A stretch of DNA of 64,000 bases from Paraphysomonas bandaiensis (GCA_965644295.1 CBFFRP010000291.1:62001-126000), one strand, 5' to 3'; counted from the stretch's first letter, positions 1 to 13,069 are shown. Program-made: numbers and translations. Notes: generated by a model from the letters alone, not told the origin.

Positions 1-2234
1 CAGTAACGCCACTACTAAATCAGGCAAGCTTGTACTAGTAGATTTGGCAGGTAGTGAGACAGTTCGCAAGACTCAGGCTTCGGGGCAGCAACTGGAGGAG
101 GCCAAGACGATTAACAAATCTCTCTCTGCCCTGGGACAAGTGATATACGCTTTGACAGATGAGAAGACTACCCACGTGCCCTATCGTGACAGCAAGCTGA
201 CTCGTATCCTTCAGGACAGTTTGGGAGGTAACTCTAAAACAGCGTTAATCATTAACTGCTCCCCTTCGAGCTTCAATGCTACAGAGACGGTCTCGACACT
301 TCGATTCGGTACTCGAGCAAAGAGTATTACGAATAAGGTGATCAAGAACGAGACGCGTAGTGTGGAAGAGCTCGAGGAGTTACTACTCAAGGCCGAACGC
401 GCTATCGATGCACAGCAGGCACAGATAATGGCACTCGCTGCTCAGCTACAGGCATATCAGAACGAGCAGGGTGCCCCCCCTGAAGGAAATGTTGCACGTA
501 TGGAGACCGAGGCAGGGCTCATTGAAAAGTTACAGAGTACAGTACAATCTTTGCAGGTAAATAGAAGGAAACATCTGGGTTTATGTGCCACAAATTTGTG
601 GATAGAATCGCTCATTCTATTCAGTTATTTATATTTTAATGTAGGCTAATTTCTTGTTTGTAGGCTGAGCTGGACGAGGAGCGTGAGGAATCTGCTCGAA
701 AGGACAAAGAGAATGAGAAGCTGTCTGAAAAGTTGAGTGAGAAAGAAGCGGTGCTTATCGAGGCTGGAGGATTGATGCAGGATGCACAACACCTCTATGA
801 AAATGCAAAGAGCAGGTAGCTGATGTACTTCATAGAGTGCTGCCTTCAATCTTCCCGTTCAAAATTAATTTGTTCCAATGATTAGGTGTGAGCAACTTGT
901 AAGGGAGAAGGCTGATGCTTTTGGGGAAATTGAGAGTCTCAAATCTCAATTGGCAGATGATCGTGCTCGGTCGAATTTCGAAATTCAAGAGTTAGAAGTT
1001 ACCGTTGACACTTACAAAGCAGAGAATGAAAAGCTTCGTCAAGAAATTGCTGATATGAGTGGCGACGACATGCGTAACGAACGAGAGGATCGACTCCGCA
1101 AGGAAAGTGCGAATCAACGTACCGTGGAGGTTGCAACTCCCCCTCCCGTTGAGCGTGAGGCCACACCACCACCACCTCCGGTGCCCGAGAACGCTTCACA
1201 GCAACCCCTTCAGGCCCCACAGCTCAAACCCTACCAGAAGTCCCACAGGTCAGACAAACGCGGATCCGTTTTGGCGAGGGAGTTGGACATCGAGGGCAGG
1301 CATGCAAACACAACTCAAGCTTTAAATGCCCTTACCGACTTAGTGAACTCGATGGACATTCCACGTCAGGATGGGTCAGCCATTCTCCACTGGGCACATG
1401 CTTACGCGGAATCTACAGAGAAGTGGTTCGGCATCGCAGAAGAAAAATTTTCGGCGTTTGAGCGAGGCGGTATGGAGTTGGGTCGTCGCATTAAAGATCT
1501 CGAGGCCCAGCGTACTCGTCTAGAGAAGGACCTCGAAATTCGCACAGAGAAGGTTGTCAAGGGATTGACATTGTTTTGTTTTATCACGTGTGCGTGCAGG
1601 TTATGCAGCAGCAGTTGGAGATGGATATCATCCGCAATGAGTCAAGGTCTACAGCTGCTGCTGAGCTTATGGAGGGCCGCGAGCAGTACCAGAACAAATC
1701 TCTGCAGCAGCGCCTCGAGCAGCTTGTTGCCGTGCATAGACAGCTGCTGCGAAAGTTTGCTTCTCTAGAGCTTGAGAATAGCGAACTCCGAAAGAAGATT
1801 CTCTTGCGAGACGAACGCATCCGGCAGCTGGAGACGAATGCGAAAGGGCTGACTGCCAACTTGCGGCAACAGGCTGAGCGGCACATAACAGAACTCACTA
1901 ACCTAAGGGAGCAGATCCAGGTATGATTTCGCTAGTCGTATTTGTTTGTGGGAGTTGTGTATCTGCTCACTTTTTGATTTTTTACCTTGCATAGGAACTG
2001 AAAGTAGAGCATCAGCAAAGGATGGATGGCAGGGGTAATGATGCCGCACCTGTGGCACACCACCACCAACCACGTGTTATACGTGGGGGTGTTAAAGATG
2101 CGGGCGCCGCGCCGAAATCTCTCAGAGGTGGTGGCGGAAAGCACTCCCAAAACTCAGCAGACGACGATAGCTCTGTGTCGTCGAGGCCTTCGGTCACATC
2201 TGGATTGATTTCTAGACTTCTGGGAGCTAAATAA
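1..2234 (+). CDS. KHC: Kinesin-1 (conventional kinesin heavy chain), 5'-partial, multi-exon
   Basis: Motor motifs [44 protein letters not shown] and [10 protein letters not shown] coiled-coil stalk follows, then a tail with [13 protein letters not shown] and an IRGG/LRGG region. GT-AG introns at about 557-663, 816-885, 1553-1599 and 1921-1994 join the ORF pieces; stop at 2234. Confidence 0.92.
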
Positions 2235-3146
2235 TACTTGTACTGTTGTTGGAAGCATTGAGAGATGGTGAATTGAATGCGACTGTTCTTAAATTCACGT
2301 ATTTTGTGCTTCATATGGTGCCTTTGATAATGTCGGTGGAACTATTAGCCTTGAGAATGGGGTGCATCTCTATTGTACTTCGGGATAGTACTTCTAGAAT
2401 AATTCTAACAATTGAAAGAGTTTATCGATGAAACTTTAATATATCGCTCTTATGTGGATATGTAGTTTTGTAGATGATACATGTTTTATACTTCAAACAC
2501 AACTCTAATACAGGTGAAATTAAACTGTAACAGGACAAATAAATCACGAATAGTCGAGAGAAGCTAAAAATTCGAATTTATGACCGAGTTTATTGTTTAC
2601 CCGTTTATCCACTACAGAATGAATTTCTATGAGTATTATTCTTAAATATCAATACACTTAAAGTAATACACCGTTCCTATGGAATGTAGTATTGCTAACA
2701 AAGTTATTTCTATTACGCAACAATAAAATACCGTGCTGAGAACTTTTAATTTCTCAACCACATACTGCCAACTATCAAGAGCATCCAGAATCGTTACTGC
2801 ATATGTTATTTTTCAGCTCACTTTAAAGAAGCACCAGAGGATTTAAAATATATCGTTGATCTCCCTATCAAGGTAAGTGCTCATTAAAACGAAACATTAA
2901 GTTTACATGCATTACTACATTATTATTGATATCGAAGTGCTTCCGAACAAATCGCATACAGAGATTTCGCTCAATATTTCTGAAGAGCGGTAATCCCTAG
3001 ATAATGAATTTACAACCGCACTGGAACTACACCATTCTAACGATACTAATTCTACAATTCATTTAGGTACAAACGTATCAAACAGAAATTCATAGTTCCA
3101 CCTTACAAGCAGATAACTAATGCAGCCTATCACAGTCGCCAAAAAT

Positions 3147-4235
3147 CTATTTCTTCGTGGCATCCTGTGAATTACTAAGGCTGGATGCAGTTCCATAGAA
3201 CTGCTGCTGCTGATAGTAAGCCTGCCACTGCTGCTGTTGCTGCTCTAGCATGGCGTAGTACCGACCAGTGGCGTATCCACTCTGATACCATGCCATTAGC
3301 ATGTCCGCCAGAGCTGCTTCCATATCTCCACTTACGGCCGAATTTCCTGCAGACTGCTCCTGTAAGCATACGCATATCATGAGCTCAAGATGTTTCATAT
3401 GAATAAGTAGTTCTTACCGTTTGAGTGACAGGACGGGTCCGTGAATGATCCGCAGCTTCTGGGGCTCCTGGAAAAGGCATTGGAGGGCAAGGTATCTGTC
3501 GCTCAGGGGGGTTACTGGTAGCACTCATGCGGGGAGCAGAGGTGCGAGAAGGAATTTGAGAACCAGCACTGTGGTCACGCTCTCCAAATCCAGGTATCGA
3601 CCCACAGTCGCTACCCTCAGTGTCGGTGTGTGTATTGCTATCTACTTGGGCTGGACCATTGTTTTCACTTAGGTCAAAGTTAACACGTGGTAGACGGGAA
3701 GTAGACGCCGAGGAAGACGTCCATTGGCCAGCTACAGTCTCGCCTCTCCGCCAGCTATCACTCACACCCTGTTGCGTCTCGTCCCCTAGTGCAGACACAA
3801 TATCTTCATCCTGACCAGTGGCAAAATGCACGTTCTTAGTAGACCCTCGATTCTAACATATCTATCAGACAAAATCCCAAAAAAACTATTTACAAAAACA
3901 CCTCTTTTGATTTTCCAGATTCAGATGATTTTGATTTCCCTATAAGCGTATTCAGAACACTCACATCACACACACGACTCTCATATTCATACCTCTGCTA
4001 GATTTGGTTCGGTGACTCTTTATCGCCGCATCAAAAATCTAAACAAAAATAATAATCAAAAAACATATATGTATGTGTGTCTGTATGTCTATGTGTGTAT
4101 GTATGTGTGTGTGTATAGGTGTGTAGTGACCTCAAGTATCTCAGTATCATTCCAAGAGTCCGCATCAAAAGAAAGAGATGAAGATGATGGATCCTCGATA
4201 ATCATACCCTCTCGCCACTGTTGGTTGACTGACAT
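3147..4235 (-). CDS. SMN: Survival motor neuron (SMN)-like protein, multi-exon, no recognisable Tudor domain
   Basis: The N-terminal Gemin2-binding motif is split by an intron: DADSWNDTEILE|IFDAAIKSH (compare DIWDDTALIKAYDKA). The C-terminal YG-box reads ALADMLMAWYQSGYATGRY, preceded by a Pro-rich stretch. ATG at 4235. Confidence 0.85.
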
Positions 4236-4363
4236 TTGAATATTATAGTGTGTTAGGGGTGTGAATGGACGAGATGAGAGGTACAGTGAAGAGATATATA
4301 CACCCTCATAACTATAGTATACACTATACACACCATCCTACTTGAAAAGAAGCATAGAATATG

Positions 4364-5187
4364 ATACATACATACATACATACATACATACATACATACA
4401 TACATACATACATACATACATACATACATACATACATACATACATACATACATACATACATACATACATACATACATACATACATACATACATACATACA
4501 TACATACATACATACATACATACATACATACATACATACATACATACATACATACATACATACATACATACATACAGACATACATACATACATACATACA
4601 TACATACATACATACATACATACATACATACATACATACATACATACAGTGTACATACATACATACATACATACATACATACATACATACATACATACAT
4701 ACATACATACATACATACATACATACATACATACATACATACATACATACATACATACATACATACATACATACATACATACATACATACATACATACAT
4801 ACATACATACATACATACATACATACATACATACATACAGACATACATACATACATACATACATACATACATACATACATACATACATACATACATACAG
4901 TGTACATACATACATACATACATACATACATACATACATACATACATACATACATACATACATACATACATACATACATACATACATACATACATACATA
5001 CATACATACATACATACATACATACAGACATACATACATACATACATACATACATACATACATACATACATACATACATACATACAGTGTACATACATAC
5101 ATACATACATACATACATACATACATACATACATACATACATACATACATACATACATACATACATACATACATACATACATACATA
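4364..5187. repeat. ~820-bp (CATA)n/(TATG)n microsatellite with three recurring interruption pairs
   Basis: Direct reading: a nearly pure tetranucleotide array. CAGA variants lie at about 4577, 4840 and 5027, and CAGTGTA insertions at about 4647, 4898 and 5085. Confidence 0.98.
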
Positions 5188-5372
5188 GAGCATATACGCA
5201 CAGTGGTGTCTGTATGCCTACACTCTGGTGTACTGTATACAGCAGTATTGTGTATGTTGTTAGTGGATCTCTTCTCTTCTATATCTGCATATCGAACTCA
5301 CTCCCAATCAACTCCTGACCCCACCCACACATGTCTTCTCTCTAACCACTATCACTCACCCTCTCATCTCTA

Positions 5373-6928
5373 ATGATCTCTCATACATTCCTCGTATTAA
5401 TATTTATGTTGTATCGTCATAGTTATGTGTCGTGTACTGACAGGGCCGCGGACAGCCCTCATTGTCATGCCTCTGACACTAAAAACCGTCTGAAAATAGC
5501 CCTCCTAGTGGAACCAACACCATTTAATTATGTGAGTGGGTATTCTAATCGATTTAAGGAGATGTTAAGGCATTTACATGCTGCTGGAGATGAAGTGCAT
5601 GTGCTCACTCCAGACGACTCTACTAACCCTATTAAACAATTCTTGGGATTCAAAGTCACACCTCTCAGTGGATATCGGCTAATATTTTATAGTCATGTGT
5701 ATTTATCTATTGATATTTATGGAGAGACAGATAGAGTACTCAAGGAGTTGCAGCCGGATATTGTGCACGTTAGTTCACCTGGAACATTGGCATTTCCAGC
5801 TATCTATTACGCATACAAGCATAAGTATGTAGAACTCATCAACTTATTTATGTTTGATTAATGTGAAGAATGTAGCATTCCATTAGTAATGTCCTACCAC
5901 ACTCATTTGCCGCTGTATGCTAAGGATTACTTTCCTGTACCTGGAGTACAAAAGTTCGCTGAATTCTTAATATGGTAGACTTTTCGTTTGTGTCATTGCC
6001 TGCTGCATATATATTGATCATTGCACAGGACATTTCATAATATGGCTGACCTGACACTTGTGACAAGTCCCCAGCTTAAGAGTGAGTTAGAGTCCTTCGG
6101 TGTGAAGAGAGTTGGTGTTTGGCAGAAAGGAATCAACACAGAGGTAGGAACAGTGGTCTTTGCATTGATGAACTGTTCTGTAGTAGTCGATATGCAGATG
6201 TGAATATATGTAGGCATTTACTGACCTACCTTGCATAGATTTTTGCTCCACGCTATAGAAATGAGAGTGTGCGTCAAGAGCTGATGAGTGCAGCGAGTAA
6301 TGCTGGTGGGATGGAAGATGGCACCGTCCTTCTCGTCTACGTTGGGCGCCTTGGCAAAGAAAAAAATCTCAAAAGACTTAAGCAAGTTCTACAAACTGTT
6401 CCTGGAACTCGTCTTGTGTTGGCTGGCACTGGTCCCTATGAATCAGACCTCAAAAATCATTTCTTGGGATCTCCTGTGTGGTTCACAGGCGAGCTGCATG
6501 GCGAGGAGTTGAGCACTGTGATTGCCTCATGCGACATCTTTACAATGCCGTCAGAGACAGAGACCCTGGGTTTCGTCGTCTTAGAGGCTCTAGCCTCTGG
6601 GTTACCTGTGGTGGGTGTAGCTGCTGGAGGACTTCTGGACACTGTTCAACATGGGAAAACAGGCTTTCTTGCTGCCCCAGGAGACGAATCAATGACTGAG
6701 TTTTCTGCGTATGTGGGGCAGCTTGCTACTGACGAAGATATGCGGCGGCGTTTTGCTTTGAACGGACGAGAGTGGTCAGAACAGTGGAGCTGGGGTGCGG
6801 CCACAGATAAACTCCGTACGAAGCAGTATGCTGCTGCTATTGAATTACATAAATTTAGGGAGAGTGGAATCTTTAGGACTCATGCAAGTGGTGCGGAGGA
6901 GTTAGTTCGTCGTCAGTTTTCATTTTAG
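5373..6928 (+). CDS. SQD2: Sulfoquinovosyltransferase (SQDG synthase, GT4 family), 4 exons, N-terminal hydrophobic signal-like peptide
   Basis: KIALLVEPTPFNYVSGYSNRFKEML matches the SQD2 N-terminus. Also PDIVHVSSPG, IPLVMSYHTH, ADLTLVTS, YVGRLGKEK and MPSETETLGFVVLEALASGLPVV. Introns at about 5825-5875, 5975-6028 and 6144-6238 keep the frame. Confidence 0.9.
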
Positions 6929-7263
6929 ATTTTAGATCACACAGAAGTTATTTATAGTACAGTAAACTAACCAGAAGGTTTTATGTATTAGAATATGGAT
7001 CTTATTCTAGTATATTCAGTATGTCACTTGAAGATAATGTACTAGAAGACAGTGATATATAGTGATGTACAAATGCTGTGATGATATTGAGAAACTGAAA
7101 TAGTTTGATCTTTCAAGACATGTTTAGTAACGAGAGGTTCACATATGTAGGATGATTATGCATGGAACAAAATGAGTTTGTGTTGTTTATCACAACTTCG
7201 TGTAAACGATATTAATAAATCTCTCTAGTCTAACGATAAATTCTCTCTGAGATCAAGTTAAAA

Positions 7264-7892
7264 ATGAGCAATTTCCGATATGGTAGCGAGCGAGGAAGAG
7301 AGAAGGAGGATAGAGGAGTAGTCCCGCAATTCAACGAGAATAACGTTGAACAATGGATAGAGGATTTTGAGACATTCCTCATGAGAAAAGAACAGAGTGA
7401 AGTAGCGGTGGAACCGTCACCTAAAGAAAGCGACTTTGGGGAACAGCCACTCACGTTAATGGAGGAGAAGGCTTACAGACAGGCTGTGAAGAAGTACTGG
7501 AAGGCAAGTGCTATAGCTTATTCCTATTGCAGGGAGGTAGTGCAATTTTCTTTGAAGGCACTCCAAAAACTCCATCTATTGCATAAAGGGCTCAAGGCTG
7601 ATGGAAGTGGAAGTAATGTTATGATTGATGAATTGAAGAAATGTTTTGCTGGAGGGGTTGGAGCTTCCACATGTATCTACACCGAGTGATTCTTCTGAAG
7701 TAAATCTTAGCGATAGAACTGGTGAGGACGAGCTGGAATTGCTGCATCGGAGAGCGGGTCACTTCAACAAACATGCGTTAGTGGAAGCGCACATGAGGAT
7801 TCTAATCATGGGCACTGGATTGCAACGAAAGCACCTTTCGACCAGAGTAACTAATAATCAATGTCTGTGTAATGTGTGTGTCAGGTCTAAAA
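7264..7892 (+). mobile_element. Degenerate Ty1/Copia LTR-retrotransposon fragment (gag N-terminus fused to GAG-pre-integrase)
   Basis: VPQFNENNVEQWIEDFETFLMRK resembles the Copia gag N-terminus. LLHRRAGHFN...CLCNVCVRSK is the H-H/C-C pre-integrase motif. The fragment is frameshifted and has no RT or RNase H. Confidence 0.7.
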
Positions 7893-8032
7893 TAAATAAC
7901 GCTTCAACTAACGCATGCTTGTTAAAGTGGCCCTCTCTCCAATGCAGCAATTCCAGCTCATCTTCACCAGTTCTGTCTTTTAGATTTACTTCAGAAGAAT
8001 CACTCGGTGTAGATACATCTGGAAGCTCCAAC
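7658..8032. repeat. Inverted repeat, ~132-bp arms (7658-7789 / 7900-8032), ~110-bp spacer
   Basis: Manual reverse-complement alignment gives about 13 mismatches and no indels. Confidence 0.92.
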
Positions 8033-8721
8033 AGCTGCTGAGTTGGCACTGCAGTCATGCCATTCTTCATGGGTCCCTCTAGCACCAGCTCTCCAGTGTT
8101 GCTGTTATAGATTTGGATACCGTACCATACTGTGAACCGATAGCCTATCTCGTTCAGTTTTGTCCCGAACACAAACATCGATTGATTTGATCAGATATCT
8201 CGATGTCTCTCCATGCTCCGCGGGAACGCACACTCGTGACCTGAATCTCAGATCCCTTTTTGGAACCATTTATCACTCTAGATGTTTGTATGTGATTATC
8301 AAGCATATTGACATCATTCATTAGAAATATCGATGATGAACAACAGGTGTCAATATATGTGTACTGTACGTCATCATTTACACTACACATATATTTGTCT
8401 CATATATATTGCATGATAACATGTTATACTGAACATCTTCAATCATATTTGTTTCCTCTTCCTCCGAGAAATCTGCCGGATGTTTTCTACTGTGAGGAGT
8501 TTCTTATCTGGTTTCCTACCATAATCCCGGTTTTCTTTCTCTCCTCTTCGAGAATACTTTTTCTTCAACGTTGGACAATCAGCAGCAAGATGTTCCATGG
8601 ACTTGCAATTTCTACATCCCGTATACTCATCACTTTCAGGACGTTGCCCTGATATTCCTGGTTCAGCACGACTTTCACACGATTTCACACATAGTATTTT
8701 GTTATACATATCCGAGCCCAT
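7900..8721 (-). mobile_element. Degenerate Ty1/Copia fragment (zinc knuckle, protease, pre-integrase), opposite orientation
   Basis: CRNCKSMEHLAADC is a CX2CX4HX4C knuckle. YIDTCCSS is a degenerate aspartic-protease DT/SG site. TGELVLEGPMKNGM...LLHWREGHFN follows. The reading is broken by stops and frameshifts. Confidence 0.72.
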
Positions 8722-9091
8722 TTTATATATATATTTTTATAATGACCACATAGTGGGTACGTATATATAATAGATAATAGCCTCATATGGACTATATTTA
8801 TTATTGTGGTTGCTATCTCAACGACGTTTCAACTTCCAACAATACTGTATATATTACCTATGATGCATTGAGCCACACTATAACGGTTATGACGTAAAAT
8901 ATTCATTCATTAAAAATGCAGTAATAACAATTTACATAATACTATTGTAAATACAATTACACAGTATTCCAATACACAGTATTCTAAAGTAGACTAGTTG
9001 AGCATTAGTATAGCATTAGTATAGACAATAAACGATATGTTCAGACTGCTTTTGTGTTTAGCAAAATATTATTCTACGAAATAAAAGGCCA

Positions 9092-10652
9092 TTAGTTACT
9101 TGCAAAGATTGATGACAGCCAGCCAAACATTGACTGGTGTTCTTCTGTCCTCAATCCATTGTCAACGGCGAGCTCATTAGACTCTACGGTTAAATGCTTA
9201 GATTGGCATCGCATGAATACAAACATACCTGTAACATTGCATTCTACTGGTTCACTGGCTTTATCTTGTGGCGCTGCTGACTCTATACTATGTTCTAATG
9301 TGTCATCCTCACTTGTTTCTGCTGACACGAGTGCACTCCAGTGTCCAGCAAGGCGAGACTTTTTGTCTTCTAGCTCCTTACTCTGATCAGTCTTCTTGCG
9401 CCGCCGTCTGTCCAGATAGGCATTAATGACCACAGATACACAACTCAATGTTATTACAATTCGCACGACAACGTTACATTGCTATTCAGTCGTAATAAAT
9501 CGGTTTGAAACGTACTTTTTATTGACTCCTACAGCCGTCGGCTCCCTTCTCGGAGTGGTCAGCATACAAGACCGCCTGTATTTCATCTGCATCTCTTTTA
9601 CACTCAACTGAATGGCTCGCTCACTAGACATTTGCTGTCTACGCACTAGTGAGGTAACGGGGCGAACAGATAGATTCTGTAAACACTCCATCGATGAGGG
9701 ATCGATGGGGGTGGCCGTGGAATCAACGGGAACAACAAAACATACCAGCAGCAGCTTCGATATGTTCTGCATCTAATTTAGACCCAGACCTTCGAATAAA
9801 TAAGTAGACGTACGTACCGGAAGCACACGAGTGAGTGTCGACAGGTGTTTCCAGCCCAGAGTTTGCGCGCCAATGTTGTTGCTTGTTTCTGATCTTCCAT
9901 TTTGAGTCCCATCCATTACGAGTGCGCATGCCTCAGAATGGCAGTGAGAAGGTAGTGTACAGTACAGTGAGAAATCAAGTCCATAGTTGACAGCTGTGCG
10001 TACTACATAACTGCTCACAATGTATTCTTTATGGAAAATATATGAAAAAATATTATATCATACCCTTGGCGTTTGAAAAACTCATACACTTTGTACTTGA
10101 CATGGAACAAAGGATTCTTTGACATGAAGGTACGCCAAAGTTCATCCAACGAAACTGCTTCCGCCTCGTCAGTACATACAGTGCTATCATCGGTTCGTTT
10201 TGGTGCATAAGTAACCATGCCCTCAAATTGGGCCAAATAGAACGCCTGTATTCGAACCACAGCACCCAATCAGCACACAGTCATCAACAGAGACCCCAGT
10301 ACCTCTTCATCCAATAAACAAAGCCTGTATACATCTTCACTATCAACAGCATGTCCAGATCCAGAATCACACGGTGTCTCTCCACTGAATACACTCGTAT
10401 CTGCTATAGGCCGATGACATGCACTGCCATCTGTCTCATCTATTGCCATAGCATCATCATCACCAGCAGCAGGTACACTATCATACACTAATGGTCGTAA
10501 CTTCCTCTACATATACATAGTCATCGAGTAGATAGAGGCAGATAACTGTGTGATCTTACAGCTCCAAAGCCTCTGGATGTTAACTCCCGTATACACTCCA
10601 TACTCTCAATAAACACATAACTGTATCGAAGAACTGCTCTCGGAGGGCTCAT
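9092..10652 (-). CDS. TSEN2: tRNA-splicing endonuclease catalytic subunit Sen2-like, multi-exon (5' end uncertain)
   Basis: Spliced reading gives LCLLDEE|AFYL, LDELWRTF..KNPLFHVKYKVYEFFKRQG|YVVRTAVNYGLDFSLY..LPSHCHSE, and QNISKLLLVCFV. This carries the Tyr/His/Lys catalytic triad pattern of Sen2/EndA. Confidence 0.82.
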
Positions 10653-11205
10653 TTGATGGGTAACTGGACTGGTAGGTGGATCAATTGGCTTCTACTCTAG
10701 TCTGGAGGGATATGCGGTGTGATGGTATGGTATGGTAGGTCTGCTCTTATGTACTGTACTGATGTACATACAGCAGTACATATACACACTATATAGCAGT
10801 ACATATGTACCTATAGACGTATATACACACGTACATATGTACATACACAGCAGTACCTATACACCTATACAGCAGTACCCATCTATGCAGGTATACGTAT
10901 ACCTGGTATACCGTCTACATGCGTATGGCTGCCTCTCACTGTTGAGTACTGTGTGAGCACTGCACGTCACTGGCTCGCTTGATTGCATAGAGATACTAAT
11001 GAAAGGAGGGATCTGCTGCATCTCTCCTCAGCTATTTAACACTTCATTAATGTAAGTGATAGACATCAACCGTTCCATCTTCTTTCTCAATGATTGTGGT
11101 GGAGTAAGCCGGCAGATGCGCCTGAGACCATGACGATTCATAGTGAAGCTGCTGGTATCTGATTCTTACGCACATGAGTATGATTGTAACTCAAGATTGC
11201 AAGTA

Positions 11206-11371
11206 TTTTCTCTCCGTCTTATTGTTGCTATGGACTTCGGTAATAGACTAAACATATCAACTTTGCAGGCCCAGTGGTTTGACACTCAAGCTGTCCGAGG
11301 GCCTGCACAGTTGAGATGTTTAGCCTATTGCCAAAGTCCATAGCAACTATAAGACGTAACGGGGAGAAAAA
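11206..11371. repeat. Fold-back inverted repeat, ~67-73-bp arms (11206-11272 / 11299-11371), 26-nt loop
   Basis: Left arm cgtcttattgttgctatggacttcggtaatagactaaacatatcaactttgcaggccc pairs with right arm gggcctgcacagttgagatgtttagcctattgccaaagtccatagcaactataagacg, with about 6 mismatches in the core. Confidence 0.95.
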
Positions 11372-11800
11372 TTCCTCTACAGCTCTTTCCCAATAGAACC
11401 GCTGTTGTCGAATTAGAGTCGCAGTTTTCGTTTTTCTCTTCTTCATGTTGACTGCACTTAAGCGCACTCCATTGGATGTGAAAGACTGCAGGTGTGTCAC
11501 TATGTTTGACACTCTGTCCTTTCTCTTTTGCCCAATCTTGCGTATCTCCACACACTCAAGTATTTCATGGGAGTGAATTCCCATCATATCCCGAACAACT
11601 TGGTCCTCAGGTAACTCCTCTTCCCCTTGAAGTAGAGATAGCTTTTGTTGCAAGATGTCAACGCGAGCTTGCAAATACTTGCAATCTTTCTGTGCCTTAT
11701 CCAATTTCTTGCTCTCTCTTGAAACCTCTTCTTGTATAGCTATCACTCTTTATATAAATAATTTCTATCAAACTTCTTTCTTTCAGAGGAGGCTCACTAC
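11228..11800 (-). pseudogene. Truncated coding fragment of an unassigned, probably repeat/TE-derived protein
   Basis: A 172-aa ORF with a coiled-coil start. It ends in FSPLRLIVAMDFGNRLNISTVQALGQLE and is cut off by the inverted repeat. No clear start exon. Confidence 0.4.
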
Positions 11801-13069
11801 CTGAACAAAATTCGCAAGTCATCCTATTTTGGTGCAATGGTAATGAGATATTTGAAGTTGTGAATGCCTTTCAAATTGACAGGACTTTTTCAAACTTTGA
11901 AAATTCAATAAAAGCCACATCTTGAACAGGCATGCACGAATTCAAATTCCAAGTCTGCTGGTTCCCACTGATAGCCTGATCATGAATACTATGTAATGGA
12001 ATAATATCAAGTTGATATTATATGATAGTGCTTGTTATGGTTGCACTGAGAGCTGGAGATAACTCACAGTTGAACTGCTGCTGATGCATGAGAAATGGGT
12101 CCTGTACTTTATAGAATACTACAACTACGGCTGGAATACAGATAATTGTTGTCTCTATGATAGACGTACTGCAGTTTTGCCTAAACTGGTGTACAGAGGA
12201 TACAGTAACAGTCATGTAGTACTTGACTACACAGACCACTAAGAAAACAGTCAATAAATTCTTAATGCCAACCGTTTCGTGTTCTTCAGTGTGAGGGCTC
12301 ATTTACGCTTCAGTTCGCATTAGATATGATGGTAGGTTGTATATATTGCATTCACAGCTATGCGGATAGCCTGGGAACTAACCACACTAGCATGGATATG
12401 ATCGCTCCCAGGACGACATTGCATGTAAATTGAATACCTTTAGCATCATGTGTTGAAGAGAAGCTCCAACTAATATCACTACGACAAGGATGTCACCTAC
12501 TATGCGATACTATTGGAAGTAGCTACATAAAAGTGTACTGCAATAATGGGAAAGCCAATCACAGTTCTACAGAATATCTTTCAGTACTTCAAGTTTAATT
12601 TAAAAATTAATATAAGAAACAGTTAAAGGACACCCATTTACCTCGCCTGTCAGCATTCAGCATGAAATCCAGTTCAGTCAATATCATTAAGTCTGATTAC
12701 AGTGTCGTTGTGTGCTATACGTATTAGCTACATATCTTCCCATGATAACTAAAACACCAACATTGCTCTATTTATTATTTATATTATTATTCTCTACATT
12801 ACCAGTCATATACACAATACAAAGAGCGACAATAACTACCAGAACTTCGACTTAATATTATTTACTTGTACTGCCAACACAGCAATACTTGCTTATTTAA
12901 AACAAAGGAAGCTACAATTATTCAAGTTACCATATGGCTTTACAGTACACAGTTACATACTACACTATTCGCACATCACACTGGATTTTCATAAGTTGAT
13001 GATGAAACAAGTCACGTCATAACCGTAAAGACCGCACTCGTAAACCCAGGGATCAAGAACGAACACAGA

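Noticed and set aside
4364-5187. CRISPR-like or telomeric array
   Set aside because: There are no unique spacers and no cas genes, the context is eukaryotic, and the unit is not a G-rich telomere repeat and is internal.
4253-5373. Five long ORFs (MYVC/HTYI repeats)
   Set aside because: These are translation artefacts of the stop-free (CATA)n microsatellite.
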